A stretch of 64,000 bases of DNA from a bacterium. Lineage in GTDB: Bacteria; RBG-13-66-14; B26-G2; WVWN01. Shown here piece by piece: positions 17,958 through 26,988 of this stretch. The stretch spans positions 12,189 to 76,188 of the forward strand of contig DATKVX010000044.1 of the NCBI GenBank assembly GCA_035529855.1. The letters run 5' to 3'. The notes below the pieces were generated by a model. It was not told where the DNA came from, made no database searches, and saw only the letters and a list, made by a program, of their open reading frames with translations. Each line of letters starts with the position of its first letter. Position 1 is the stretch's first letter. Both the position numbers and the translations under genes were made by a program.

Positions 17958-19706
17958 TCATTCCGGGCCGTATTCCGCCTTCCACGCGTTTATGGCGGCC
18001 TCGACCTCTTCCCGTATCGCGGAGCCCGGCGCGAATTTGGGAAGCCAACCCTCGACCGTCTCCACGATATCCTTACTCTTCGGGGATTCGGGCTCAAGCT
18101 TGATGTACTGCACGTAATGGTAACTCGCCTTTTCCACGTCCTCGAAGATTTTATATACCGAGGCCAAGTTGTAATGACAAGCCGCAAAGTCGGGGTCGAC
18201 GGACAACGACTTCTCGTAGGACTCGATCGCCGCGCGCAGAAGAGACTTCCAGTCCGAGTTATCCCTACCCATGAGCCACAACGTGTTGCCGAGGGCGTAG
18301 TAACCGTCCTTGTTCGTGGGCCAGACGGCAATGAAATTATCGTAGTTCTCACGCGCTTTCTCGTAGTCGCCGGCGGCGAAGTACATTCCGCCCAGGCCGT
18401 CGAAGGCGGGCGCGTAAGAGGAGTCGACGGCCAGCGCTTCCAAGTAGAAGTACCCCGCCGCTTCCGTGTCCTCCGGCTTTTCTTTACGCGAGCCGGCGGC
18501 TAACCCCACCGCGGCGGAGGGATAAAAGTCGGCGAGGCCGCGGGATTCCTCGAGTTCCGCCGCGGCGTCGGCGTACGCCTTCTCCTTCAGGTACGCCAAC
18601 CCTAAACGTAAATGGGCTTCGGCGAACGTGGGGTCCTTGTCGGCGGCGCGCAGGAAGAAGCTTATCTGCTCGCCGGTGTAGTATCGGGAAGCGCCCTTCG
18701 CGAACCATTTGAACGCCTCCATATCCGAGGTCGGTTGGCGCGTCACGTAGCCCGCCGTTTCGGCGCCGGTCGCCTCGAGCACGAACTTGGCCGCTTCGTC
18801 GGTCAACGCGAACAGGTCGTCCGCGCCGCCGGCGAATTCCTTGGACCGCCCTTTGGGGATGACGACGACGATTTCAGCTATCCCCTCGGCCGCCTCCCGG
18901 ATCTTGGCCCGTAAGACTTCGGCGCGGCGCTGCTTCTCATCCATTTTTATCCCCGGGTCGGTAAGCATTTCGGCCAGTTCGTCCGCCAGTTCGTCCAACT
19001 CCTCCAGCCGCACCCGGTTTACCTCCACCGCGTATTCGGCGGGGGGAACGGATTTCTTTATCTCTGCGGCGATTTCGGCCATCCGCGCGTTCTTCGCGTC
19101 CATCTCGTCGCGGATCGCCGCGGCCCGGTCCTTCTTCGCTTCCCAGGCGAGAGACGGGTCCGTCATGAGCTTCCTGAGCTCTTCGCCCGATTCCGTCAAC
19201 TCCCGGCCCAGGCGTTCCAGCTCGGCCTTGCTTTCCTCTAAAACCTCGAGCTGAGGGACGCGGAGGACCTCCTCGCCGACGGGCCATACCCGTACCTTGA
19301 ACGAGAGGTCCTTACCTTCTTTGTAGAAATACCCGGCCACGACGTGCGTCACGCCCTCTCGCTTCGCGACGTCGCTAACGTCCCCCACCGGCGTATCAGG
19401 CGCGAGCTCCAAATCCCGGTTTCTCTTAAGGCCCAGCGCCAGGTCCGCCCGCCGCAACAGGTTGACCGCGGCCGAGCGCTCGAGCGCGAGCTCCAATAAG
19501 GCGGGAATGCCGTCGCCGAGCCACGGCATCGGCGCCTCGACGTCGAACGGCATCCCGGGAACGGGCGGCACCTCCGCGCCGGAGCCGGGCGACTCGTCGG
19601 CAAAGGGCATAAAGGTCAAGGCCGGCCGCGCGGAAGGCGGCGCCTCCTGCGCAAAGGCCCACGTCGCCGCCGCGACGGCTATCGCTATCAAGGTTAAGTT
19701 ACGCAT
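17958..19706 (-). CDS. Secreted TPR-repeat / coiled-coil protein
   Basis: Start trimmed to the ATG at 19706, which has an AGGAGG 8 nt upstream. The 172 codons of Arg-rich N-terminal extension in the ORF track lie over a terminator and were rejected. Signal peptide MRNLTLIAIAVAAATWAFA. Central coiled-coil; C-terminal TPR repeats. Confidence 0.65.
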   Translation of the reverse strand: MRNLTLIAIAVAAATWAFAQEAPPSARPALTFMPFADESPGSGAEVPPVPGMPFDVEAPMPWLGDGIPALLELALERSAAVNLLRRADLALGLKRNRDLELAPDTPVGDVSDVAKREGVTHVVAGYFYKEGKDLSFKVRVWPVGEEVLRVPQLEVLEESKAELERLGRELTESGEELRKLMTDPSLAWEAKKDRAAAIRDEMDAKNARMAEIAAEIKKSVPPAEYAVEVNRVRLEELDELADELAEMLTDPGIKMDEKQRRAEVLRAKIREAAEGIAEIVVVIPKGRSKEFAGGADDLFALTDEAAKFVLEATGAETAGYVTRQPTSDMEAFKWFAKGASRYYTGEQISFFLRAADKDPTFAEAHLRLGLAYLKEKAYADAAAELEESRGLADFYPSAAVGLAAGSRKEKPEDTEAAGYFYLEALAVDSSYAPAFDGLGGMYFAAGDYEKARENYDNFIAVWPTNKDGYYALGNTLWLMGRDNSDWKSLLRAAIESYEKSLSVDPDFAACHYNLASVYKIFEDVEKASYHYVQYIKLEPESPKSKDIVETVEGWLPKFAPGSAIREEVEAAINAWKAEYGPE

Positions 19707-19795
19707 CTTTCCTCCTGCGTTGTATTCTGCGGCGTTACGCACCCCCTTCGCGAAGTATAACAAACGCCGGCCGAAAATCAAGGTTCCGCCTAAAA

Positions 19796-19826
19796 AACCC
19801 CGCCGAGGGCGGGGTTTTTTGGCATA
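19796..19826. terminator. Bidirectional rho-independent terminator (AAAAAACCCCGCCgagGGCGGGGTTTTTT)
   Basis: Perfect hairpin with flanking A and T runs, between two minus-strand genes. Confidence 0.8.
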
Positions 19827-19837
19827 GCGTAAAAAAC

Positions 19838-21271
19838 CTAGCGGGCTTTGACCCGTTGCTTTTTCTTCTTCGACGGCGGCACCCACCCCGTCTGCTCGAC
19901 CTCGCCGAACTCGCAATAAGGGTCGCCGTCGTACTTCCGGCTGTACTCGTCGACCTCGGCCTCGAACTTCTCGGCGTAGGCGTCGAGGTCTTCCGCCAAC
20001 TCCGTAATCAACTTTATATTGGCGTCGTACGAGGGCCGGGCGCCGCACTTCCGGACGCACTCGCGGAGTACGCCGGGATTGTCGATGATGGCGCAGGGCC
20101 GCCGTAAGTCCTTGCTGAACGGTTGGCGGTTGCGGAACTCGCGGAAGAAGTCGCTGCGCAGGCACTCGACCAGCGGCTTGTCGCGCACGTTGTCGACGGT
20201 GAATTGGGCGAAGACGCACGGCTCGACGTCCCCGTGGACGTTGACGTGGAAGTACCGCTTGCCGCCCATGATGCAGCCGTCGACGTGGGGGCCGTCGTTC
20301 CAGAAGTCGGCGGCGAAGACGGTGCGGGTCTCGCGGACGCGGCGGATGCGCGCGCCCAGCGTGTACCGCTGCGCCGGCGTCGGCATGAGCGACGTGTCCG
20401 GGTCGCGGCCTATGGGGATATACGTGAAGTACCAGCCCAGCGTACAGCCCTTACGCTCCACGAAGTCGATGAACTCCGGGCTGGTAATGGCGTCCAGGTT
20501 GTAGCGGGTGCAGGTGGCGCTGAAGCCGAAGCACACGCCCTCTTTTCTCATATAATCGAACGCCTCCGAGCACTTCTCGAAGACGCCCTCGCCGCGGCGA
20601 TTGTCGGTCTCCTCTTTGAGGCCCTCCAGGCTGATGCACGGAATTAAATTGCCGGTCTTCGCGATGCGTTTGGCCATCTTCTCGTCAATGAGGGTCCCGT
20701 TGGTATACATCTGGAAGCCGATGTCGGCGTGCTTCTCGATTAGGTCCATCATGTCGGCGTGGAAGAGCGGCTCGCCTCCCGAGATGACGATTAAGTGGAT
20801 GCCCATCTCCTTGGCCTCGGTGAAGATGCGGTCGATGAGCTCCGGCTCCATCTCGTACTTCTTGGGATACTGCGCCGCGTAGCAACCGGTGCAGGTTATG
20901 TTGCAGCGCATCGTCGGCGAGATGACGAGAAGCGTCGGCGGGTAGAAGCCGATCTTCTCCTCGACCTTGTGCCGCTTGTCGGCGCCGACGAGGCCCTCCT
21001 TCACGACCAAGTTGGTTAAAAGCCGCCGGCGCACGTTGGGGTTGAACTCCTTCATGAAGCGCCGGGCTATTTCCATCAGCGGGTGGTTAATGTCGAGGCG
21101 GTACTTGAAGCCCTGGATGGCGTCCACCCACAGCGGGTCGCTGGTTATCTTCTCGCCGAGCTTTATAATGCGCCTTAAATTTTTGTCCGGGTCGCCTTTG
21201 GTGGCCAGGTCCGCCATCCGGTTTATAGTCTGGTTTAACGCGAACTCCCGGACTTTGTCTTTAAAGCCCAT
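19838..21271 (-). CDS. Radical SAM enzyme with an N-terminal extension and a Cys-rich C-terminal (SPASM/twitch-like) domain
   Basis: CNITCTGC (Cx3Cx2C) motif near residue 120. Seven further Cys in the last 120 aa. 477 aa. Confidence 0.75.
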   Translation of the reverse strand: MGFKDKVREFALNQTINRMADLATKGDPDKNLRRIIKLGEKITSDPLWVDAIQGFKYRLDINHPLMEIARRFMKEFNPNVRRRLLTNLVVKEGLVGADKRHKVEEKIGFYPPTLLVISPTMRCNITCTGCYAAQYPKKYEMEPELIDRIFTEAKEMGIHLIVISGGEPLFHADMMDLIEKHADIGFQMYTNGTLIDEKMAKRIAKTGNLIPCISLEGLKEETDNRRGEGVFEKCSEAFDYMRKEGVCFGFSATCTRYNLDAITSPEFIDFVERKGCTLGWYFTYIPIGRDPDTSLMPTPAQRYTLGARIRRVRETRTVFAADFWNDGPHVDGCIMGGKRYFHVNVHGDVEPCVFAQFTVDNVRDKPLVECLRSDFFREFRNRQPFSKDLRRPCAIIDNPGVLRECVRKCGARPSYDANIKLITELAEDLDAYAEKFEAEVDEYSRKYDGDPYCEFGEVEQTGWVPPSKKKKQRVKAR

Positions 21272-21343
21272 GGTTCCTCCTAAAACGGAAATACGCTTAC
21301 GGCCGCGTAGATGCGGCGCTTATTATCGTTACGCTTTGGCCGT

Positions 21344-21372
21344 ATTATATATAAACGCTTCCCTAAAATCAA
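21344..21372 (-). promoter_or_regulatory. Sigma70-like promoter for the radical-SAM gene (TTGATT-N17-TATAAT)
   Basis: Read on the minus strand. A roughly 70-nt leader with a short GCCGC/GCGGC hairpin precedes an AGGAGG ribosome-binding site. Confidence 0.45.
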
Positions 21373-21490
21373 GGGCAAACGCGGGGGGTTAACGGCGTCA
21401 AGAAAAATACCCACGGCCGCCGCGGCACTCCCAAGGGTAAGATATCCCTCGAGTAACGCGCCCGGGATAAACGCCTTAAAAAGTTGGGGT

Positions 21491-22141
21491 TTATCCCTCG
21501 CCTTCATCGTCCTTCGCGGCCCGGCGGCGCAACCGGGCGCGGAGCCACGAGGCAAACGCCGGCAGCGCCAGCACGACGGCCACGACGCCGATGGCCCATA
21601 TCGGCGGCTCGAATAATTCCCCCGCCACAGCCAGGACGGCGTAGCGCGCGGTCCGGCCTATGAACGTGGCCGCGGCGTACTTCGCCCGCGGATACTTTGC
21701 CGCGATGGCAACCAACCGGACCAGGTCCCACGTAAACAGAACGAAGTTAACGGCCACCAGCGTCGGGAAAGCCACCCGCGAAAAGGCCCGGATGCTGGCC
21801 TGGGAATGTTCGCTCTCCTTTATCCTGCGCAGCAGTTTCGTCTTGAAGACGCTAGAGAAGACCTCGTAGTCGAGGAGGTTGGCCAGCGACGTCGCCGCGC
21901 CGCCCAAGAGCGCCACCACTACCCAAGGGTATTCCCGCCCCATATATATCACTAACGGCGTCGCCGGCAGCGGGATAGTGTTGGAGGCCAGCGACATATA
22001 GGCGAAGAAGCGCGTCAACCCGCGCGCCGCGGGGGGCATTAGGAAGCTTGCGGCGAAGAGCGCGGCCAAAGACGCGGCCAACGCCAACAGGTACTTGTTG
22101 CGGGCGATTTCGGCGAGGACTTTCACGCGGCATATTACCAC
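21491..22141 (-). CDS. DedA/VTT-family membrane protein
   Basis: Four or five TM segments with a SNTIPLP…YPRAKY-type signature reminiscent of the DedA/TVP38 family. Confidence 0.55.
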   Translation of the reverse strand: MVICRVKVLAEIARNKYLLALAASLAALFAASFLMPPAARGLTRFFAYMSLASNTIPLPATPLVIYMGREYPWVVVALLGGAATSLANLLDYEVFSSVFKTKLLRRIKESEHSQASIRAFSRVAFPTLVAVNFVLFTWDLVRLVAIAAKYPRAKYAAATFIGRTARYAVLAVAGELFEPPIWAIGVVAVVLALPAFASWLRARLRRRAAKDDEGEG

Positions 22142-22206
22142 AACGGCTCGAGCCGTAAAATTAAAAAAGCCGGCGCGGCCGGCGCCGGCTTCCTAAAAGG
22201 AGCTGC

Positions 22207-22590
22207 CTACTTAACGTCGATCCCCGAAGCCGTTAAACGGGGCGTCCCGGTATCCTTTTCGAGTACGATCTTCCCCTCGGCCGTAGTAAGATGGTACTTG
22301 GCCCCGCTCGATATCTTGAAATCGCCGGCGACCTCCACGTAAAGCAAGCTGCCGAGGCCGTTGTCCAATTGGAAGCCGAGGCCGTCGTCGTCCACCGTCG
22401 CCACCTGGCCCTTCACCATAACCGTCTTGCCCTCGAAGGACGCCGGGTTGTCCAGGATGTCCGAGATGGCGGTCTCATCCTTGGCTATTACCGGGGCCCC
22501 GAATTTCCCCGACGGGCTGCAGCCGGTCAGCAAAAGGGGCGCACTTACCGCGACGAAACACAACCCGGTCAATAATACCTTTAGCTTCAT
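22207..22590 (-). CDS. Small lipoprotein (OB-fold-like)
   Basis: Lipobox LLTG-C, 127 aa. Confidence 0.5.
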   Translation of the reverse strand: MKLKVLLTGLCFVAVSAPLLLTGCSPSGKFGAPVIAKDETAISDILDNPASFEGKTVMVKGQVATVDDDGLGFQLDNGLGSLLYVEVAGDFKISSGAKYHLTTAEGKIVLEKDTGTPRLTASGIDVK

Positions 22591-22594
22591 ATAT

Positions 22595-23419
22595 TTACCC
22601 CTTTCGATCTACGGCCCCGGCCAGCGGGTGCTGGCGTCGGAACTCGTAAAGGGTTACGGCCGCCGCGGCGGCCACGTTTAGCGACGGTACGTTGCCGGCG
22701 AGCGGGATGGCCACGACGGCGTCGCACTCCCTCCGCGCCGCCGCGCTCAGGCCTACGCCCTCGCCGCCGAGGACGAACGCCGCGCCCCGGCCGAACTCGA
22801 GCTCATCCATCCGCGCCTCGCCGTCCGCTTCCAAACCGTAACACCAAATCTCTGCCTCTTTTACTTGCCGCAAAAACTGAGCGACGTTGGCCACCGGTAC
22901 CACCGGCACGTATTCCAAACCGCCCTCCGCCACTTTGGCTACCGAAGGGGTAACCTGAACCTGGCGTCGAGGCGGGAAGAAGACGCCTCCCGCGCCGAAC
23001 GCCGCCGCCGAGCGGACGACCGAGCCTAAATTGCGTGGGTCCTCCACGTGGTCCAGCACCACGAACGGCTTTCCGCCCCGCGACTCGGCCACGAGCTCCT
23101 CCCAGGCCGGCGTCTGTTTTTTAGCGACGTACGCGGCGACGCCCTGGTGAAAATCTCCGCCCGCGAGTTCCGTCAGCTCCCGATTCGCGACCACGTTTAA
23201 TTCCGCGCCCACCTCCCGGGCGAGCCGCCTTATCTCATCCACCGCTTCGCCGCCGCCGGTACGGTCCACTATCACCGTGTGCACGGTACGCGTCCCGGCC
23301 CCGAGCGCCGCCAGAACGCTGTTCCGGCCTACCACGATGTCGAAAGGCGCGCTCGGGCGGCGTTTGCGACGCGCCACTACTTGGGAACCTCCACGCCCCG
23401 GCCGTGTTCCCATAACCAC
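22595..23419 (-). CDS. rlmB: SpoU/TrmH-family rRNA 2'-O-methyltransferase (RlmB-like)
   Basis: N-terminal L30e-like segment, then SPOUT motifs (LDHVEDPRNLGSVVRSAAAFG…, AIPLAGNVPSLNVAAAAAVTLYE). The start is uncertain: ATG at 23419 or GTG at 23377. Confidence 0.75.
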   Translation of the reverse strand: MVMGTRPGRGGSQVVARRKRRPSAPFDIVVGRNSVLAALGAGTRTVHTVIVDRTGGGEAVDEIRRLAREVGAELNVVANRELTELAGGDFHQGVAAYVAKKQTPAWEELVAESRGGKPFVVLDHVEDPRNLGSVVRSAAAFGAGGVFFPPRRQVQVTPSVAKVAEGGLEYVPVVPVANVAQFLRQVKEAEIWCYGLEADGEARMDELEFGRGAAFVLGGEGVGLSAAARRECDAVVAIPLAGNVPSLNVAAAAAVTLYEFRRQHPLAGAVDRKG

Positions 23420-24126
23420 TTGACCGCGGCCTCCCGCCTCGCCTGGTCCCGGCCGGCGCGCTTCAGGTACCGCACGTAGTAATCCCCCGCCTTCCCCTCC
23501 TCGCCCAAATATTTATAGGCCTCGGCCAGGCCGTAATAGGCTTCGGCCTGGGCGGCGTCAAGCGCTATGGCCTTCTCGAAGGCCGCGACGGCGGCCGCGG
23601 CATCGCCCTCGCGCAGCTCGACGTTGCCGAGGTTGACGTGCGCCGAAGCGAAGCTCGGCTCGAGGGCCACCGCCCGTTCGGCCGCGGCGCGCGCGTCGGC
23701 GACTTTGCCTTGCCGTAGGTACGCTATGGAGAGGTTGTTCCACCCCTTACAATGGTCCGGGTCCGCGGCCACGGCGTTCGACAACGTTTTGGCGGCCATA
23801 TCGACGTCGCCCACGCGGAGGTACGCCAACCCCAGGCTCACCTTCGAATCGGTCGAGGGGTTCCGCGCGACGATGCGCTGATAACGCTCGATGGCGCCGT
23901 CGTAGTCCCCCTGCAGAATCAAGATATGCGCGATCCACTCGTGGGCCTCGACCAGGTTGGGGTCTTCGGTCAAGCTTTTCTCGAACGCGGCCACGGCCTC
24001 CTCGTAGCGGCCCGCGTTCGTCTTCGCGACGCCGTCGTTGAAGAAAGCCGCGGCCTCGGGCGTCGTCTGCGTCGCCCCGGCCGCGGCCGCTAAAGCCACA
24101 AAACCGTATATGGCAAATTTCCTCAT
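23377..24126 (-). CDS. Secreted TPR-repeat protein
   Basis: Signal peptide plus at least five TPR repeats. Confidence 0.7.
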   Translation of the reverse strand: MRKFAIYGFVALAAAAGATQTTPEAAAFFNDGVAKTNAGRYEEAVAAFEKSLTEDPNLVEAHEWIAHILILQGDYDGAIERYQRIVARNPSTDSKVSLGLAYLRVGDVDMAAKTLSNAVAADPDHCKGWNNLSIAYLRQGKVADARAAAERAVALEPSFASAHVNLGNVELREGDAAAAVAAFEKAIALDAAQAEAYYGLAEAYKYLGEEGKAGDYYVRYLKRAGRDQARREAAVKWLWEHGRGVEVPK

Positions 24127-24293
24127 ATACCGTTCACCAACCCCGGCCCTCGTATTTCGTCATTAAATAAAACTTTTTACCCCCCTTGGCTCTTCCGTAT
24201 AATTTAAAGCGGTCGCCTTTTTTTCAACTTATCCCCTCGCGGATATTATATTATAGTCTACGTCAAAAAACCACCAAAAAGGGGGCCGCGGTT

Positions 24294-25034
24294 ATGAAAC
24301 GTTCGGACTGGTTACTATATCTGGCCGTCGCGCTGGTCGCGTTGTCTACCCTCGTTTACGTAATCCACTTCGCCATCTTCCGCGACGCCCACCACATATT
24401 CATCTATCTCGTCGGCGACATCGCCTTCGTCCCGATAGAGGTCCTGCTCGTAACCGTCATCATACACCGGCTGCTCGGCCAACGCGAGAAGCGCGCCCTG
24501 CTCAATAAATTGAATATGGTCATCGGCGCCTTCTTCAACGAAGTCGGAACCGACCTCCTGAAACGTATTATCGCCCTCGACGAAGACTTCGACGATGTCC
24601 GCCAAAACTTGCTCTTGAACAAGGAATGGACGCATCGCGACTTCGTCCAGGCCGGTAAACGGATGGCCGAATACGACTACACCATCGAAGTCGGGCCGGA
24701 AGCCCTGGACGAGCTTCGGGACTTCCTCCTCGCCAAAAGGGAATTCCTGCTAAGGTTGCTGGAGAACCCCAACCTGTTGGAACACGAATCGTTCACCGAT
24801 TTGCTGTGGGCCGTAACCCACCTCGCCGAGGAACTGGCGCACCGCGACGGGGCGTACGGCCTGCCGGCCGCGGACTACGAACACCTCGCCGGCGACATCA
24901 GGCGGGCGTACGTGCGGATCATCGGCGAGTGGCTCCAATATATGGAGCACCTCCAGCGGAAGTACCCGTACCTGTTCTCGCTCGCGGTCCGGACCAACCC
25001 CTTCGACCCGGCGGCCTCGGCCGAAATTAAATAA
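24294..25034 (+). CDS. Hypothetical membrane-anchored protein
   Basis: ATG at 24294 with an AAAGGGGG ribosome-binding site. Two N-terminal TM helices followed by a helical soluble domain. Confidence 0.45.
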   Translation: MKRSDWLLYLAVALVALSTLVYVIHFAIFRDAHHIFIYLVGDIAFVPIEVLLVTVIIHRLLGQREKRALLNKLNMVIGAFFNEVGTDLLKRIIALDEDFDDVRQNLLLNKEWTHRDFVQAGKRMAEYDYTIEVGPEALDELRDFLLAKREFLLRLLENPNLLEHESFTDLLWAVTHLAEELAHRDGAYGLPAADYEHLAGDIRRAYVRIIGEWLQYMEHLQRKYPYLFSLAVRTNPFDPAASAEIK

Positions 25035-25064
25035 AAAGCCCGCCGCGGCGCCGCGCCGCAAACC

Positions 25065-25307
25065 CTACCCGCCGCCGGCCGCCGACCTCTTGCGGATAAC
25101 TATCTTGTACCCCTCGTCGGCCTCCTCCAACGAGACCAGCTCGTGGCCGGTCACGCGGCACCAATTCGGGAAGTCGTTCTCCACGCCCGGGTCGTCGGCC
25201 AGGATCGTAACCGTCTCGCCCTCCGCGACGCCTCCTATCGCCTCCGCCGCCCGGGCGATGGGCACCGGGCAGTAGAGCCCTATGCAATCCACGGTTTTAT
25301 CGGCCAT
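25065..25307 (-). CDS. tusA: TusA-like sulfurtransferase
   Basis: Conserved CPVP motif within DCIGLYCPVPIARA; 80 aa. Confidence 0.8.
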   Translation of the reverse strand: MADKTVDCIGLYCPVPIARAAEAIGGVAEGETVTILADDPGVENDFPNWCRVTGHELVSLEEADEGYKIVIRKRSAAGGG

Positions 25308-25346
25308 ACCGAACCCCGCTATCTCCGGCTGCGCCGGCGCCGACGT

Positions 25347-25874
25347 TTAAATGAAAAGATGTACGTCGCTCTCGAGCGCCTCGGCCAGAAAGGTCGCCAC
25401 GCCCGCGAATTCCGTTACCTCCGGCCGCACGTTGGCGCGCGGGGTACCCAGCGCCTCGAGCGACGTCGTGCACGCGATGAACCGTACGCCCAAACTCGCG
25501 CCCAGCTTGATAAGCTCGTCGAGGTTCGCCATACGCGAGTCGCGCATCAGCCGCGCCGTCAACCGCCGGCCCAAACCCCAAAACGAGAACCGGCTCGGGT
25601 TCATGTACTTGCCGCCGCCCGGGTTAAGATAAGCGAACGCCCGCCGGAGGGCTCGGGCGCCGAAGAGGCCGATACGCTTCGGCTCCTCCCCGGGCGCGGG
25701 CGCCGGCGCCACGCCGTCCTTGCGGACGGCGTTCAGGCCGAAGAAGGTGCAGAAGACGGCCACCTCCATACCCATCGACGCGCCGCCGACGGCGATATTC
25801 ATACAGGCCAGCGCGCGGTCCAGCTCCCCGGCGCACAACACCAACGCCATCTTTCTCTTCTTCTCGTCGACCAT
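25347..25874 (-). CDS. DsrE/DsrF-like family protein
   Basis: Start trimmed to MVDEKKRKMALVLCAG. DsrE-like fold motifs. Adjacent to tusA, as is typical for sulfur-relay pairs. Confidence 0.6.
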   Translation of the reverse strand: MVDEKKRKMALVLCAGELDRALACMNIAVGGASMGMEVAVFCTFFGLNAVRKDGVAPAPAPGEEPKRIGLFGARALRRAFAYLNPGGGKYMNPSRFSFWGLGRRLTARLMRDSRMANLDELIKLGASLGVRFIACTTSLEALGTPRANVRPEVTEFAGVATFLAEALESDVHLFI

Positions 25875-26110
25875 ATCGCCCCTGCCTTTTTTACGCCGGT
25901 CGTAACATGACGAGCCGCCGCCCTCCACCGGGCGGGTAACGCGACGTTCTTATAACATAATTATAATTACTCCTGTCAAACATAACCGGCCTGACGCCCT
26001 TGCCGCGGGACGGCATTTTAAACGCCGGCCGCGAGGCCGGCGTCGTCGAGCGAACTTATATGGCTCCATTTAAGCCGAGGCCGAAGTCCGTCGGCGCGAA
26101 ACGCCACCGC

Positions 26111-26419
26111 CTAATCCCAGTCGCGCCATTCGTCCTCCCGTTCCTTACGTTCGGCCTTCTCGGGTTTCGGCGCGCGCCTGCGGCCCGGGCGCCGCTCGCT
26201 CGAGGCGCGAGCGCCGGCCAACTCCTCCCTTAACGCCCTCCAATCCACGGCCGCGTCGGGGAAGCGGCGCTCCACCTCCACGATAACGGCGTCGTCTATG
26301 GCCGGCTCGCGGCCCAGGTAGCAGAGGACGCGCTGGTGGACGTAACTCCTGCCGCCTACCTTCCGTCGCTCGTTCTCCACCAGGTACGCGTACGGCCCTT
26401 TGAAGCGTATGAAGGCCAC
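26111..26419 (-). CDS. Small hypothetical protein (basic, Arg/Glu-rich C-terminus)
   Basis: 102-aa ORF with a hairpin terminator downstream at about 26022-26045. Confidence 0.35.
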   Translation of the reverse strand: MAFIRFKGPYAYLVENERRKVGGRSYVHQRVLCYLGREPAIDDAVIVEVERRFPDAAVDWRALREELAGARASSERRPGRRRAPKPEKAERKEREDEWRDWD

Positions 26420-26425
26420 GGAACG

Positions 26426-26932
26426 TTAGAAACCGCCGGCGCCGAGGCTGAACCTGAACGCGGGGTACCCGCTGTCGAAATTGCCGGCGTCGGGAACGAC
26501 GTACTCCACGCCGACGCCCAGGCCCAAGTTCTTCGTCGCCGCGACGTTTAACCCGACCGAGCCGGCGTACCCCCACATATTGTCCGAACCTTCGAGCGCG
26601 CCGCTCCACCATTTCCGGGCGTAGACCAGCCCCAGGCCGGCGTACGGGTCGAAATTCTTCGTCAATACGAAGTGATAGGCCACGCGCGGGATTATAGGCA
26701 TGAAGTTGTACGTCGTATCGTTAAGAGAATAGCGCGCGTAGCCGACCTCGAGCGACGGCACGACGTGTTTATTCACCCAGTAATAGCCGTTCCCGGTAAA
26801 CATCGGCGTGTACGAAGAGTCCTCTTCCGCCGGTTTGAAGATAGTTACGCCCAGGCCGAAGCCGAGGCGCCCGGCCGAGGCCGTGGACGCCAGCGCGATA
26901 CTCAATAAGGCCGGAAGGACGGTCCGTTTCAT
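26426..26932 (-). CDS. OmpW/OmpA-like small outer-membrane beta-barrel
   Basis: Start trimmed to MKRTVLPALL…ASA. Alternating aromatic strands. C-terminal …GAGGF. Confidence 0.6.
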   Translation of the reverse strand: MKRTVLPALLSIALASTASAGRLGFGLGVTIFKPAEEDSSYTPMFTGNGYYWVNKHVVPSLEVGYARYSLNDTTYNFMPIIPRVAYHFVLTKNFDPYAGLGLVYARKWWSGALEGSDNMWGYAGSVGLNVAATKNLGLGVGVEYVVPDAGNFDSGYPAFRFSLGAGGF

Positions 26933-26988
26933 AAACGTACCTCCTGCGTTCGATTTAATAATTCCGGCTTGCTTCGCCACCCGGTGCG

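Noticed and set aside
19707-20219. N-terminal extension of the TPR/coiled-coil gene to 20219
   Set aside because: The extension runs through a perfect intrinsic terminator and into the radical-SAM gene. The ATG at 19706 is preceded by AGGAGG and followed by a signal peptide.
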